NCBI GenBank assembly: GCA_051362555.1
Contig: CM120649.1
Span: forward strand, 3,720,001-3,784,000
Source: Lingula anatina
Taxonomy: Eukaryota; Animalia; Brachiopoda
Direction: 5' to 3'
DNA: 64,000 nucleotides
The notes under the pieces were generated by a model, which was given only the letters and a program-made list of their open reading frames with translations, ran no database searches and was not told where the DNA came from. Below are positions 36,635 through 49,585 of this stretch, one piece after another; position 1 is the first letter of the stretch; the number at the start of each line of letters is the position of its first letter. Both the position numbers and the translations under genes were made by a program.

Positions 36635-38273
36635 AGATATGGCAAATGCAAGTGCACGAGGATTGCTTTGTTGAAACTCCAGAACACATATTTGAAATTG
36701 TTGACTTCATAATATTTTTGCCTAGAGCGAAGTTGTTATTTTTAGGCCTCCAATAACCTTTGTTATTTTTTTAAACTCGTATCTGTAAATGGAATGATAT
36801 TTGACATTGAGTTTTACCTTAAATGATATAGAAATGTCCTGGTTCTGCCGCTTTTTGTTGAAAGGCACTTCGGCTTTTAAGTAAAATGTTGAACTGCATG
36901 AAATGCTTAGTTTAGGTATTATTTCAGAAAGGTTATCTGTTTAAATACAATTCCTCTTCACTGAAAAATTTATTTTTTATATTTGTTTTTGTTGCACCGG
37001 CCATAACTTTTAGTTGATTGATGTTTATGTAATGTTTTAGCCATTATTAAAATCTTCAATTGAGTTAAATCCACAATTAGGTAAACGTTAAGGTGGCAGA
37101 GCACAGTTCTATGTTTTACAGGAAATACGACAAAGCTCGATTCTCTTAGAAAGTAATTTATAAAACCTTCATTACCTGGCATTGTGTAAAAATACACTTG
37201 AGGTCGAGGACAAAATGTGTCAGTAAAACGTGCATCTCGTAATGACCCTCGATTGCATTCTAATTTTTGTTATTATTAAAAACTTGCAAATATTATCCAA
37301 AAAGGTCGTTATTTAAAAAAAAATTGGTTGAAGAAACATATGCAGCTGACACCTTCTTTACTAAATACATAAATTTTCTCCATATTTGCCAGGCGTGCGT
37401 TTTCCCATAATTTACATAAAAAGTTCGATTTATCACTTTTTGTCGCTTAAGATTTAGAAAACTTCTTGTCATCAGGGACTTAGAAAAGAAGAATTCGCGA
37501 AGATACCTTTAACATCAGTTTTCACTTTTTCACAACGCACTTTGATGGACAGTATGGTCCTCTTGTCTGAGAAAACGAACCGTGGAATCTTTGGATTTTT
37601 GCATTAAGTATGTTGAAAACTTAATGTCATATTTCTAGCCCTAGTTTAAACTAAGCTTATCCTAATTAGGAGAAATTTGGGACATTTATACTTAATATGT
37701 ATAATTTCTTAACAAATGGTGAATACTTACACTTTGGGGTTTCCTTTCATGTGAGATTGAGGTCAATCGGTGCATATGAAGAGGAGTAGCAGCCACGAAA
37801 TGCTGACATCAAAATCTCTCTATATGCCAAAATTTGTAGCCCTTTTTCCGCGTATCATTGTAAGGGACGCGGAGGCGCCCCTTAGCATGTGCCACGCCCC
37901 ATAAGATGTCGCGCGCCTCTTGTGACACCTCTCTAGTGAGACTTGATGATATGTTAAGTTTATAGATATAATATTTCAATAAGACACGTAAGGTAGAGCT
38001 GAATATAAATTGGACTGGTGGTGGGTGGAGTGAGCACTTATAACTTAGGACCTAAGAACTAATTTAGGCAGTGGGAATAAAGCTGTTTGGAAATCTACGA
38101 CTCTTGTTGTTTACTTCTTCTCGATCTGTGAATATAAAATCGAACCTTACATCATTTCTGTGCCTAATCCGGCTTGTGGTATAGACCCAGGTGACAGTAT
38201 TGTCAAGGATGGCACGAAAAAACATTAAGGGACTGCCTTGCGTCTCAATGGAACGTGTTTGCGAAAGAAATAA

Positions 38274-38312
<39 letters not shown>

Positions 38313-38436
38313 GATTAAAGTAAAATAAAAATTAAAAAAAAAACTTTTTGAAGATATTTTATAAGGTTTTTGGGTTATAAACTTTTATTGGTAGGTAAAT
38401 ATTTGATACACTTATCATTTCTGTTAACTTTTAGAT

Positions 38437-38487
38437 AAAAATATGGAACGCTTCACGAATGTGCGTGTCATCCTTGCGCCAGGGGCC

Positions 38488-38527
<40 letters not shown>

Positions 38528-38544
38528 CCCACCGTAGTGAGGAC
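38437..38544 (-). ncRNA. U6: U6 spliceosomal snRNA (variant, +G in ISL)
   Basis: Same body as the other intact copies. The 5' stem-loop is GTCCTCAC-TACG-GTGGGAC, the terminator is T5, and the upstream elements at 38566-38640 are conserved. Confidence 0.95.
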
Positions 38545-40367
38545 ACCTCCTCGTACTGTTCTCTGTCTATATGTAGTGAAGAAATACAAGATGGCGGCTC
38601 AGGTGAGTTGTTCGGTCAAAAATCACATATTCGCTAATTGATCAGCTGATGATCATTTAGCTGAACGGCGTGAATCTTACAAAAACATCGGTTAACCATG
38701 GTAGACCATATTATGAACAACATATTTTCTCATTATTTAAACATAATATTCCAAACTGAAGTGTTTCATTTTTCAAATTAGTTATTCCTAGCGTGCCTGC
38801 TACAATGCAGTTTCTATAAATAACACACCAGACAGCTATTCCGAGTAACAATAACAAACCATGTTTTCCTGTCAAGTAAGGACAGTGCCATTCAAAGTTT
38901 TTGCCCTTCTTATTGGGGGCTACTGCTACTTGTGCAGGTATATGAATATGCAGTAATAAAGAACATAGGATTGAACGGGCACAACACAAGGCATCGAGTG
39001 TCAATGCAAAACGTGGTTAGGGCCTACAAAGTGCAAAGTCCCTCGCATACACGTTTTTTTGGTCTTTTTTGATAAAGCTTTATATATAGGCTACAACACG
39101 GCCATGGATCCATGTAGACACATATTTAAAGGGTATTCTGGGATTTATCCTTGAAATATTTGCAATCTTTAATTCATCACTGTTCATTTATCTTTATTTT
39201 GTAGTGCATTATAGGATAAAATAGATGATAATATTTGACAAGTAGAAATTGTGCACATATTGCTCAACATGGGTTCGTCACTGTGGCGCCACAGATGTTA
39301 ACTTTTAATTTTTATTTATTTCACCGAATTTTTAATTTAATTTTCAAAATCCATTTTCATTTTTATTTACATATAGGCCTTTTTATTTATTCATTTGTTG
39401 TGTCTGTGTGTCCATTATCAACACCTACCTACTGTATAATCTTTACCTGTTTGCATATTCATTCAGTTAACAACGTTTTCAAGAATATTGCCTTTTTTTC
39501 TTTCATTTTGCCAATCTTCACTTACAAAATAAATTTAGTTTGCTCATTTCAAAATACATTTGTATGTTATATGTTATATGTCTTATCATAACAAATTGCT
39601 ATCGAGACTATTTCGTCATACATGTAACACAGCTTGCGATCCTTCAATGACAAAAGCCGTTACACAGGCTGCAACCAGTAAAGGAACAAGGTACATGTAA
39701 GCAGCGATTATCTAAATTTAACACGGTGTCTTTAGATAGAAATGTGCGGTTTAAATTTGGTCCAGTTGAAAATATGTCGTGTTCGGGTAAAAACATTTGT
39801 TTGCACGTACACGTGTTAAGATGTAAATGTTCACGTATAATTTGTACTATACATGTATAAGAGATGTAGAATTACCACTTTACATATTAAAATATAGACG
39901 TAGCTGTTACCAATGTGTAGCAAGACTTAATTACATTTGCTGGGGGAAAAGTTTGCTGAGAAAAACCGAATGTTTACGCTTAAAACATACGGGCTGATTT
40001 TAACAGCTTCGTTTGTATGAATGAAAAACTCAAGTCTAATCAAGCCATTGATGCTTTGTTTGAAAGCTGCACAACCCAAAAACATACAGGTAGTTCGGAA
40101 ATCGCTTTCCCGCAAGAAAGTTTAAAAAACAACAACATTTAATGACATTATTACAAAGCCCTAAAATGATCTACCCCAAACGCCTCTCAGGTTCACGGAA
40201 TCAGAAACAGCATATAAAACGGACACAGACATCACCAAAATCCGGTGTTTATTAATTGGCAAATTTCCGATAATTAAAAACGTAATATATATGGGAGTTA
40301 CTAGCTGAATATTCGACTTCTATTGATGATAATTATATTTTTCTGATATTAATAATATTATTGGAAT

Positions 40368-42363
40368 CAAACATGATCCTCACAGCTTCTTTTCATGTGC
40401 ATATGTGCATATCATGTGCTCGTCGCTTGAAAATTCTGGACTCCAAGAAAGTTTATTCTCTGAAAAAAGAGCAAAAAGACCATTACAAAATGTCATCCAA
40501 AGCTCATAGAGTCACCAGTTTCTTCTCAAACAGTACTGACAAAATTCACCCAAGTGAGTATCGAACAAGTAGTTGCCATGATGAAAGCCATGCCAGCAAA
40601 ATCCTGCTCACTGGACCCAATGCCAACATACTTAGTAAAGGATTGCATAGAAGCAGTATCTCCAGCACTCATGAAAATAACAAATACATCTTTTGAGTCT
40701 GGAATTTTTCCTGATCTCTGTAAAACTGCTGTTGTAAAGCCTCTCTTAAAGAAGAGCAGTCTTGAAAGAAACGAGCTGAAAAACTATAGACCAATTTCCA
40801 ACTGCTCTTTCATTAGTAAATTTCTGGAAAAAATGGCATTCTCGCAACTGAACAACTACTTAACAGCACATTCTCTGTATGGTAAATTCCAATCAGCCTA
40901 CAGAACGGGTCATAGTACTGAAACAGCCCTGCTAAAGGTTCAAAATGATATCATGCTCTCATTAAACAATCACTGTGATGTCATCTTGGTCCTCTTGGAT
41001 CTTTCTGCTGCTTTCGACACGATTGACCATGATATTTTACTACAACGTTTGCAGTGCAGGTTTGGCATTACAGGAATGGCGATTGATTGGTTGAGCTCTT
41101 ACTTAAAGGGAAGAACACAAAAAGTGGAAATTAATTCCCTTCTTTCTGCCCCTGAAACCCTGAAATATGGTGTTCCGCAGGGATCGGTGTTAGGCCCACT
41201 ACTTTTTTCACTCTATATGGTGCCTCTTGAGGAGATCATTTCTAAGCACAATCTTCAGACCACAATTTTTGCTGATGATACTCAGATTTATGTAACTTGT
41301 GACAGTCGGTGTGATTATTCTGTAGTGTCAGACATAGAGAAATGTATTGATGAGATCTGGGTGTGGATGCTTTCAAATAAGCTGGCTCTAAATGACACTA
41401 AAACGGAAATAATCTGGTTTTCATCTAAATTTAAAGATAGAAAGGACTGTGCTACTAACACTAATGTTCGCATTGGCAATGTGTCTGTGAAAGCATCTGT
41501 CAGTGCTAGAAATTTAGGTGTGTTTTTTGATTCAGCTGGGATCTTTGACAAGCATATAGACAATGTTTGTAAGTCGGCATCTTTTTCACTGTGGAGAATA
41601 GGGAAGATTCGGAATTTACTAAATATAGAAACAACTACAAAATTAGTTCATGCTTTTATTACATCAAAATTAGATTATTGCAACAGTATTCTTTTTGGGG
41701 TGAGTGACAGCAAATTGAAAAAATTCCAATTGATTCAAAATTCAGCGGCCAGATTAGTTAAAAAGATAAGGAACCAGAGCTTGGATCATATCACTCCAGT
41801 GTTAAAGGAATTGCATTGGCTGCCAATCAAACAAAGAATTTTATTCAAAGTGTTGTGCATAATTTTTAGAGCTTTTAAAGAAAACACACCTGGCTATATT
41901 GCACATCTTATTCAGTCATCTGAACCACGCAGGTTAACAAGAAACTCTTTTGAAAACAATTTTATACTCAATCACTGTGAAATAGACAGAAAATGCAACA
42001 AATTCTATGGAGACCGGGCTTTTACTGTTTATGCTCCAAAATTGTGGAACAAATTGCCTTTTAGTATCAGAGCTGAAAGTGACTATAATACTTTTAAAGC
42101 CTGTCTTAAAACTCATCTTTTTAAAGAATTTTATGGTTAGTGTTCCTTTAAACCTTTTAGTTGTTTATCATTTATTAAGAGTGAGCTTGGGTTAATTTTA
42201 GTAGTATTTTAAAGTTATATCAATAAATTTTCTCTGCTTTCTTTAATTAATTAATTTTATCAGTAAATGTTAAAGTATTTTAGTATTGTTATTTTTAGAC
42301 TTTTTAATTATTTGTAAAGTGCATTGAAATGTAAAAAATGGAATGCGCTATATAAGAAATAAA

Positions 42364-42392
<29 letters not shown>
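40368..42392 (+). mobile_element. 5'-truncated non-LTR retrotransposon (CR1/L2-type LINE)
   Basis: RT ORF followed by an AT-rich 3' UTR, AATAAA and a (TAT)n tail at 42364-42391. Candidate TSD ATTGGAAT at 40360-67 and 42393-400. The left boundary is uncertain. Confidence 0.88.
40554..42140 (+). CDS. LINE ORF2 reverse transcriptase (endonuclease domain missing)
   Basis: KSCSLDPMP, NYRPIS, FQSAYRTGHSTETALL, LLDLSAAFDTIDH, GVPQGSVLGPLLF, FADDTQIY, KLDYCNS, LHWLPI, RAF..APKLWNKLP, FK..LKTHLF. 528 codons without a stop. Confidence 0.93.
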   Translation: MSIEQVVAMMKAMPAKSCSLDPMPTYLVKDCIEAVSPALMKITNTSFESGIFPDLCKTAVVKPLLKKSSLERNELKNYRPISNCSFISKFLEKMAFSQLNNYLTAHSLYGKFQSAYRTGHSTETALLKVQNDIMLSLNNHCDVILVLLDLSAAFDTIDHDILLQRLQCRFGITGMAIDWLSSYLKGRTQKVEINSLLSAPETLKYGVPQGSVLGPLLFSLYMVPLEEIISKHNLQTTIFADDTQIYVTCDSRCDYSVVSDIEKCIDEIWVWMLSNKLALNDTKTEIIWFSSKFKDRKDCATNTNVRIGNVSVKASVSARNLGVFFDSAGIFDKHIDNVCKSASFSLWRIGKIRNLLNIETTTKLVHAFITSKLDYCNSILFGVSDSKLKKFQLIQNSAARLVKKIRNQSLDHITPVLKELHWLPIKQRILFKVLCIIFRAFKENTPGYIAHLIQSSEPRRLTRNSFENNFILNHCEIDRKCNKFYGDRAFTVYAPKLWNKLPFSIRAESDYNTFKACLKTHLFKEFYG

Positions 42393-42394
<2 letters not shown>

Positions 42395-43332
42395 TGGAAT
42401 GATTATCCATCTTCTAAAAATAATTTGTCGAGATTAACAAGATTAGCAATTTAGTCGAAATTTACTTGGTTTCAGAATACTTTTCTTACATGCGATATCT
42501 CATCCAAGTTTCTTTAATTATTTTGATAAATTATAGATAAAATTGATAAGTCAAATTAAATATCCACCACCAAACTTACTTTTGTAACCCTACAAGCCTA
42601 ATTCCAAATTGGAAGTTACATATACATTGTCTGAAGCAACAGAATTTTAACGTGTAGCTACACACACTGGGGAATAGAAGTGTCAACCCTACTGAACCAA
42701 TACTTTGGGGGAGACAAATAACTGTGGACTGATATGCTCCTGGTATCATTTTATTAACATCAAATTTCACAAAAAGATTAACAATACAACTCCATGGTAC
42801 AGCGGTATAATACTCACAAGTCACATTATAAGTAGACCGGGCATTATAACTTTGATTACTCTGATTCAGGGGGTGACACTTCTATTGTCCAGTGTGTGTA
42901 CTTGTAACATAATCCTCATGTTAGTGCGTTTCTTACCCGTCTGTATCAGTGATAGCGAAAGAGACAGCCCTAGCAACATATCCATCTTTTATTTCGTCTG
43001 TTACGGATCTCTTGTTGCGACAACGGCACTTACTATAATAGGCACCACCTACACCTATACTGAAATAATAACAAAATATTGGTTATTCTTTATCATCGTG
43101 TGTGAAACAAATATAGGCTTATACATTGAAAAGTAGTATGCAAAGACCCACACATATCCTTTGTATGTAACTGATATCATAATGTTTTGGTGATGCTGTA
43201 TCTACATGTACTTAGTCATCTTATATTGCAGTTCTCTTATAAATCAATGTCGATTCACATTTTTATTCCATGTTCAATCACTAAATATCGTAATTAAATC
43301 TCACTAGGGGCAGATGATCCGAGTACTAACTG

Positions 43333-43544
43333 ATCCGCCGACTAAATATGGCCGACAACACTTCAAAAGAGATGCCGCTAAATCACGATGGTCTCCCCGC
43401 CTCCAACCGTCGCTACAGGGGCCTAGCAATTAAACCTCAGAGCCGAGATTTAATCCGTTTAATAGAGTGCTTGGAGGCAGGAAGACCATCGGGAATCAGC
43501 GACATCGCTTTTGAAGTGGGATCGGCCATATTTAGCCGGCGGAT
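43333..43544. mobile_element. Foldback/MITE-like imperfect palindrome
   Basis: About 75-bp arms atccgccgactaaatatggccga...gcctccaa / ttggaggc...tcggccatatttagccggcggat. Confidence 0.7.
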
Positions 43545-44042
43545 TATCTTATTCTGAAGTATCCAGGGTTTAGCTTTTATTATCGCGGTCTTAACAGGCT
43601 AAATATCAATTAACTTATATATCGTGCCTATACAGTTATATCTTACTGCACTCTTATACAGTGTAGCTACAGTTAGAGATGGAAGAGATATAATAATAAA
43701 GACATTTCAACTTACGACCACTTGACATCGTAGAGTATGGGATCACAGTTCCGTTTACAGCCACCCTCGCAAGCGCAGCCGAATACATTACAGCTTCCTT
43801 TCCCACAATAGATATTTTGCCTCTGAAACAAGATCCATTTTCCACGACTAAATATGTAGAATATTGGTAAAACAGAGCATTTCAGCAAAATTTCCAGGAG
43901 AACAATAAAATTTACAGACGTCAATAAAGAATGGTCCATTCAGGTACACGCTGGATTGACTTAGTTATCAACATAAGCCCGTGATTTTTGTCAAGTAAGA
44001 CAGAAAAACTACTCTTACAGTGCTTATCCCAGGTTGTGATTT

Positions 44043-44428
44043 TAGACTCGCCCTTCAAGACATCGACGCCTTCAAGAAATCGATGAAAACCGGAAGCACG
44101 CGTTTTTTAAAACTGTTTTTCCTGTCTTGCCCATCGTAAACATTGTGTTGTCAAGTAAAATGAACCGTCTGATACAAAGTGACGTCACGATTACTTCCGG
44201 TTTTCGTCGATATCTTGAAGGGATTAGCGTTACGATTTGCAGCACATTTAAAGCGTTCTATCTCAAAATATACGCAACCGCTTGGATTTAAAGTTACAAA
44301 ACTTATTCTTCACATGATATCGCACCTATGTGCATGATTTGAAAGCTTTAGCTTCATACTTTTTCTACAGTGACCATTCAAATTTGAAAAAGAGCTATTT
44401 TCCGTCGATTTCTTGAAAGGCAAGTCTA
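44043..44428. mobile_element. MITE with TIRs and repeated subterminal motif
   Basis: TAGACTCGCCCTTCAAGACATCGACG ... CGTCGATTTCTTGAAAGGCAAGTCTA. The motif cttcaagaaatcga repeats internally in both orientations. Confidence 0.7.
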
Positions 44429-44608
44429 CCTTTTTAAAGAATATATTTACAGAAGTGAAAATTATCCCTTTGTAAGTCACTGCTTAGATTTACACTACGG
44501 TAAAACAAGGTACGGTAGCTAGTTAATATTTCTTTTGATGTCATATTAGCAGGAAAAACGTGAAATGTGTGAAGTTAAAAAAAAATAATGCGTCCCTATG
44601 CACCTTTA

Positions 44609-45628
44609 AACCCCATTCTTATACCTACAGGTAGATCGATTTAGCAGGATCGATCTACCCTGAGTGTCAGAGCAACGTAAAAATTAGCTTGTAAATATTA
44701 AATATACCTTGGAGTCATTTTTACTAGCTCTGAGGAACAGCGGCCATGTTAGGCTTCCGTCAATCAAATAGAACTGCTCCGCAGTGATTCTGCAGTTGAA
44801 TGTCATCAGACCATTAAAATGAAACGTAAAACAAATTTAATTCTGCTTTATTTAATTTCATTTGCTGTATTTAAGATGTTAAGTGAAAAAAAATATTCTT
44901 CGAAAAGAAAAGATATATCTAATGTTTTTGTATTTTTTGCTTATCAAAGAACATTTAGTCCTGAGAAATACACGTGCAAAATACACGTGCTTGCCGTGTG
45001 CCAAATTTGACAGCTACACTGTATGCCCGATACCACTATAAGGGCTGCGCAATGGCTACACGAAAATCAGTTTTTACAGCAGAATATTGCTTGTATTGTG
45101 GCACTAACCTTCGACTGCAAGATATTTTCAATTCAAACTTCTAACACCGCGTCAGGCACTTTACATGAATTGCTTCTTGTCTCGTCTGCACGAGATAACT
45201 TCAGCGCAAGGCGGGAAAGACAGCTCCAGGCGGCCAAACCTGTGACGTACGAGACATATGACTTCCAAATATGGAAGCGCCCCAGGCAGAATTTTGAAGA
45301 AGAACGCCCCCGAGTTGCCGCTGTTCGCTAGAGCCTGGTATTGCCGATATGGGTTATATATGAAATCAAGATCGAGCTGGCAATACCGGAATCTAGAACC
45401 TAGGGTAGATCGACCCATCTCCGAGGGGTTTCTCGCTAAATTACATCCAGCTTTAGCGGCTCTGAGGTTTGACGCGCCTACTGAAGCTGTCGAGGTAATA
45501 AACTATTATTTAAAAGCTTTAGTAGACGTGCCAGACATCTAAGCCGCTTAATCTGAACGCAATTTAGCAAGAATCCCTTCGGAGACGGGTCGATCATGCT
45601 AGATCGATCTACGCATGGGAATGGGGTC
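44609..45628. mobile_element. Composite member of the (GA)CCCCATTCCCA / TAGATCGATC MITE family
   Basis: Left accccattc...gtagatcgatttagcaggatcgatc and right ggtcgatcatgctagatcgatctacgcatgggaatggggtc. 45326-45405 is the reverse complement of a segment at 16399-16475. Confidence 0.6.
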
Positions 45629-47923
45629 TTAGATAACTTTTAACATTGGTATAATATAAATACTATCTTACCTGTGTACAATCGTAACAAAATATTTTTG
45701 AGATACCTCTATTGCAGCAGACACCATGCGATTCTTTAATGATAAAAGCCGTAAGGCTGATTGCAAACAAAAAAACAACAAGGCTACCAGCCATTATCTG
45801 AAATAGCAAAACGACGACGGAGTCTTGTTATTTTATCAAGCAACAGTGAAAGGAAACAATTGTGTCATAAACTGTCGATTATTGTCAAAAAATATCAAAT
45901 GACGAAGCATACTAACAAAACAAAATGCCTCTTTACCTGTAACCTAACCCTCTGAGCTACAATGTGAGTGTAATTTAAATGAAGCTCTTGCAAAATGAAG
46001 GAAAATATAATGCTTCTCACCGTTATCAGCTCTTCAAATTAAGCAATTGGTGGCAACTACTGGCTGTAATTCCTGTGTAACGCAGCGATGATGATTGTAG
46101 CACGGAAGTTCAAGCCTTTATAATTTCAATCTGCAATAGCTATTAGGATATACTGGATGCAAAACAGGTGTGAAAGCAAAACATCCATCCTTCTTTGTAT
46201 TCATACCAGCAGCATTTCGAATAAATTAAAAAACAAAACAGTCGTCAATAAAAACGTGTTTCGTACTGGAGGTAGCCTAATTCACGCAAGTCACTGCTGC
46301 ATTTGGCGTGTTATATGCGTTTTAAGGTAATTTAACCGCAGCTTGTTGTGTTTTATGAGACAAATTATGATAGGCCATGATCAAAAGTCATTCAGTCGGC
46401 AAACTGGTGTCCGAACTTGCTGGAAAACCCCCCGCATACCAGTATAGTGAAATTAAGGCATAGAGGGTTGTTCATATATTCAGTATAACGTGCTGCAGCG
46501 TAGAGAGACATCCTTGTGGATAATACGAAAATATCACGTTATGAAGCAAATCTCTGGGAGTTTATGTAAATACGTCACTTGGGGCTCTATTGTCCATTTT
46601 TGGTGACACCATTTTTGGTAAACGGCGATTTTTCCATATTAACCAATGGTTAATGAATTAGTTCCGACATTCAAAGTTAGTCCATGTTTTTTTAAAGTTT
46701 TTTATTATTATCTCTGAACAGATTATGACAGAGAGTAGCCATCTTTGAAGATACACGTGGACCGATGGCAAGTACACGTTCCAGAATATTTGCGTTAAGC
46801 GCCTTTTTATGTTAATATGAAGTTTATTTAATTTCTTTGGGTTGTTTACAATGTATTTATTGTAAAAATATATGAATCTCATATTTGTAAAAGAGACAAA
46901 ATATTCGATGAAAGTACCTGATGCCCATATTTATTCTTGCTGAAATGCAAGGAAGACGAATTCAGTTCTATCAAAATATTTTGGATCTAAATTAAAATGT
47001 TGCAAACTATTGAATCCAAGCGCTAGTACGGACATGCAACGGATGTCGTGATTAACTTTTTCCAGATAAAAAAGATATAGGCGCGACAAACTGTATAAAT
47101 TAGTTTTTTTGATTTCTTTTCCACCAGTGCTCCTGTGCAGGCACACGAATGCAAGTGCATGTGCAGACTTACAGATTTAAAAAAGGCAACAAATTATACG
47201 TTATTACATACAGATAACATGCAAATCCGGGTATCTGCTGAATGTTCTTCCCTCGCCCATATGTTTTAAAACCCACCAAAACAGCACACCTATAACATAG
47301 CGCCTGCTTCGTGAACCAAAATGGATTTATTGACAATATATACACAAAACATCATAAAAGACAGAATAAAACTTTGATGTTCTTTGTTGTACCTTGCGGA
47401 ATGCGATTATTCCATAGACAAACGAAAAAGTACGAACGCAATTTCGGAAACGATTTAATTACTGTCACATTTTGCACTGGTAGGACAACACAAAGATGAA
47501 ACATTTTATTCTTCACCACTAACACAATGAGGCATATGAGCGTTAGACCTTTACAAAGCAGTAATAATTTGAGAGAAAACTGTTGCCACACAAACACAGT
47601 AGAGATAAAAAGATCCACAGAGTGTCATATGCATTCATTTGCCGAGGTACTTGAAGGTCTTTGATATGTGAATATGCCAAACGGACGAAATATTTATAAA
47701 ACTCATCATCCCCGGTGAAGTGTCAGTTATGCAAAGGGTGTAGCTACAGCTCATGCCCCCCCCCCCCCCCCCCCCCCCAGTGAGAGGAATAACACTTTGA
47801 AGTGTGAAGACTCTGAATAAGTAATACATAAGTGATAAAAGATCGGCCGTGCCCCCTTACCCCCCCCCAAAAAAAAAAAAAAAAAAAATTACACTTTATA
47901 TTTTACATGTATTTGAGATTATA

Positions 47924-49585
47924 CAGACTTGACATTTAATATGGAATATTTTTTTCGAAATAATTTTTTATCAGTTTTTTCCTATTTTGCTGACTGATAA
48001 ATGATAATAAGGATTAAAATCGTGTTTTAATAACTTTTAATTATCTCCTTGATGTCATTGTGACATCAGTTTATTAATGGAATTCGCCAGAGAAGCAAAC
48101 AAAAACACATTGCCTATTCTATGTCATACGACAACCATTAAAAGAGATATTTTGGATCTCCATATTTTCCAAATTATCGTCTGTAAAAGGGTAATACGCT
48201 CCACAAAAGACCCTCATGTCAGTTGCTAGTCACAGTAATGCTCGTTGTTACGCCTGGCCTCTTCGTGGCTGTTGCCAGCGCTCTCAAGCGGCAAGGCATT
48301 TCTTGGGGGTAGGTTTTTAGAGTTCAATCTGGAATAGCATTCCAGGCATCGGTCTAAAATTGTCCAATCTGGTCCAGATTTGTTGTAGGACATGTAGGCA
48401 GTTGATTGGTGAATAATGGTCTACCGAAATATTGTCTATTTGGTTCAAATGTGGCGATTTTGATGACCAGGGAAGCTGGTCATTCCCTTGGTTCTGTAAG
48501 TTATCTGCTATTAAAAGTGCTCTGTGTGAACCATCAACCTCATCGTGCAACTTAGACTTGTTCCTAAGGTGCCCCCTATCAAATGATAGTCAAGTGGTTC
48601 CGAGATTATTCCTTTATTTGATCTGGTTCAGGTTTTCGTCGATGACTACCATTGGTGTTTTGGCACCAATGTGGAATCTACTCCAAATATTGACGCTGTC
48701 AATCACCCTTGTCACTTTAGACCCGGCATATGCTTCGTCGTAGGCCTCTTCTGGATATCTGTAAACTCTGTTTTGACTAATTGGGCGGTACAGGTGAAAT
48801 CTGACCTCAATAAAGAAAGCCACGCAGTTTCATTGTTCTACCCAGAATCGTTCATGGCCCCCAATTCATGAGAGAAACAGACGACGATGTTTTGCTGTAT
48901 ACAGTGGGTAACTCGGAGGTCATTTGGTGTTCTTACCTGCTAAAACCAGTTTGGTGTTCGCTAAGGGCTTTGAAAAACGCATTTTAGTGGCAATTTACCC
49001 CTCGTTCTGAACGGACTAAATGTTTTTTGTTTAGTTGCAGCAGCGTATCCCGATAGACAGTGGGTCCTGTACCCTGTAGGTAAAATTTTGATACATTGGG
49101 GGTGACCTCTGTGTAGGTACATCAGTCTGGGCATTACTCTATAAAGCTGTGGGGACCGTTCCGTTTGGCGCTATGATCTGTCTGGTTATGTTTGTCTTTT
49201 TCGCGCCATTCTGCCTTAGATTAACAACTTTGTAATGCACTACTTGACTCATTTTACGCACTGAAAAACTGACCGCTTGCATGCAAAATTTCAAATTCTT
49301 CTATGCAGTAGTTGTCGAAATATGGATACTTTTTTGGCAGAACCAAGCTTTGCCTAAGCCAAGCTTTGATCAGCCCAAAGAAACACTACCCAATTAAATC
49401 ACTGCAAATTACATAATGTAGCAGCGCAATAGGCATGAAAAACAGTTAATTGGTAGTGACACACCTTACTGCACACTTTTACATTCACAAATCTTATATG
49501 AGATAGGATGTTTTTGAAAAAAGAACGTATTTTTACCTAGGCATACCTTCGAAACTGAAATATTCCATATTAAATGTCAAGTCTG
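47924..49585 (-). mobile_element. Full-length, decayed Tc1/mariner (Tc1-type) DNA transposon
   Basis: 28-bp TIR CAGACTTGACATTTAATATGGAATATTT at both ends, flanked by TA (47922-23, 49586-87), total 1662 bp. Minus-strand fragments resemble Tc1 transposase: FFIEVRFHL...NRVYRYPEEAY...SVNIW...KTPMVVIDENLN and LPWSSKSPHLNQIDN (cf. WPSxSPDLNPIE). Confidence 0.9.

Noticed and set aside
42705-43136. 143-aa hydrophobic ORF
   Set aside because: Non-ATG start, AT-rich composition, no motifs or supporting splice structure.
45023-45542. Overlapping ORFs of 85-102 aa
   Set aside because: They lie inside a composite MITE and show no transposase or other motif.
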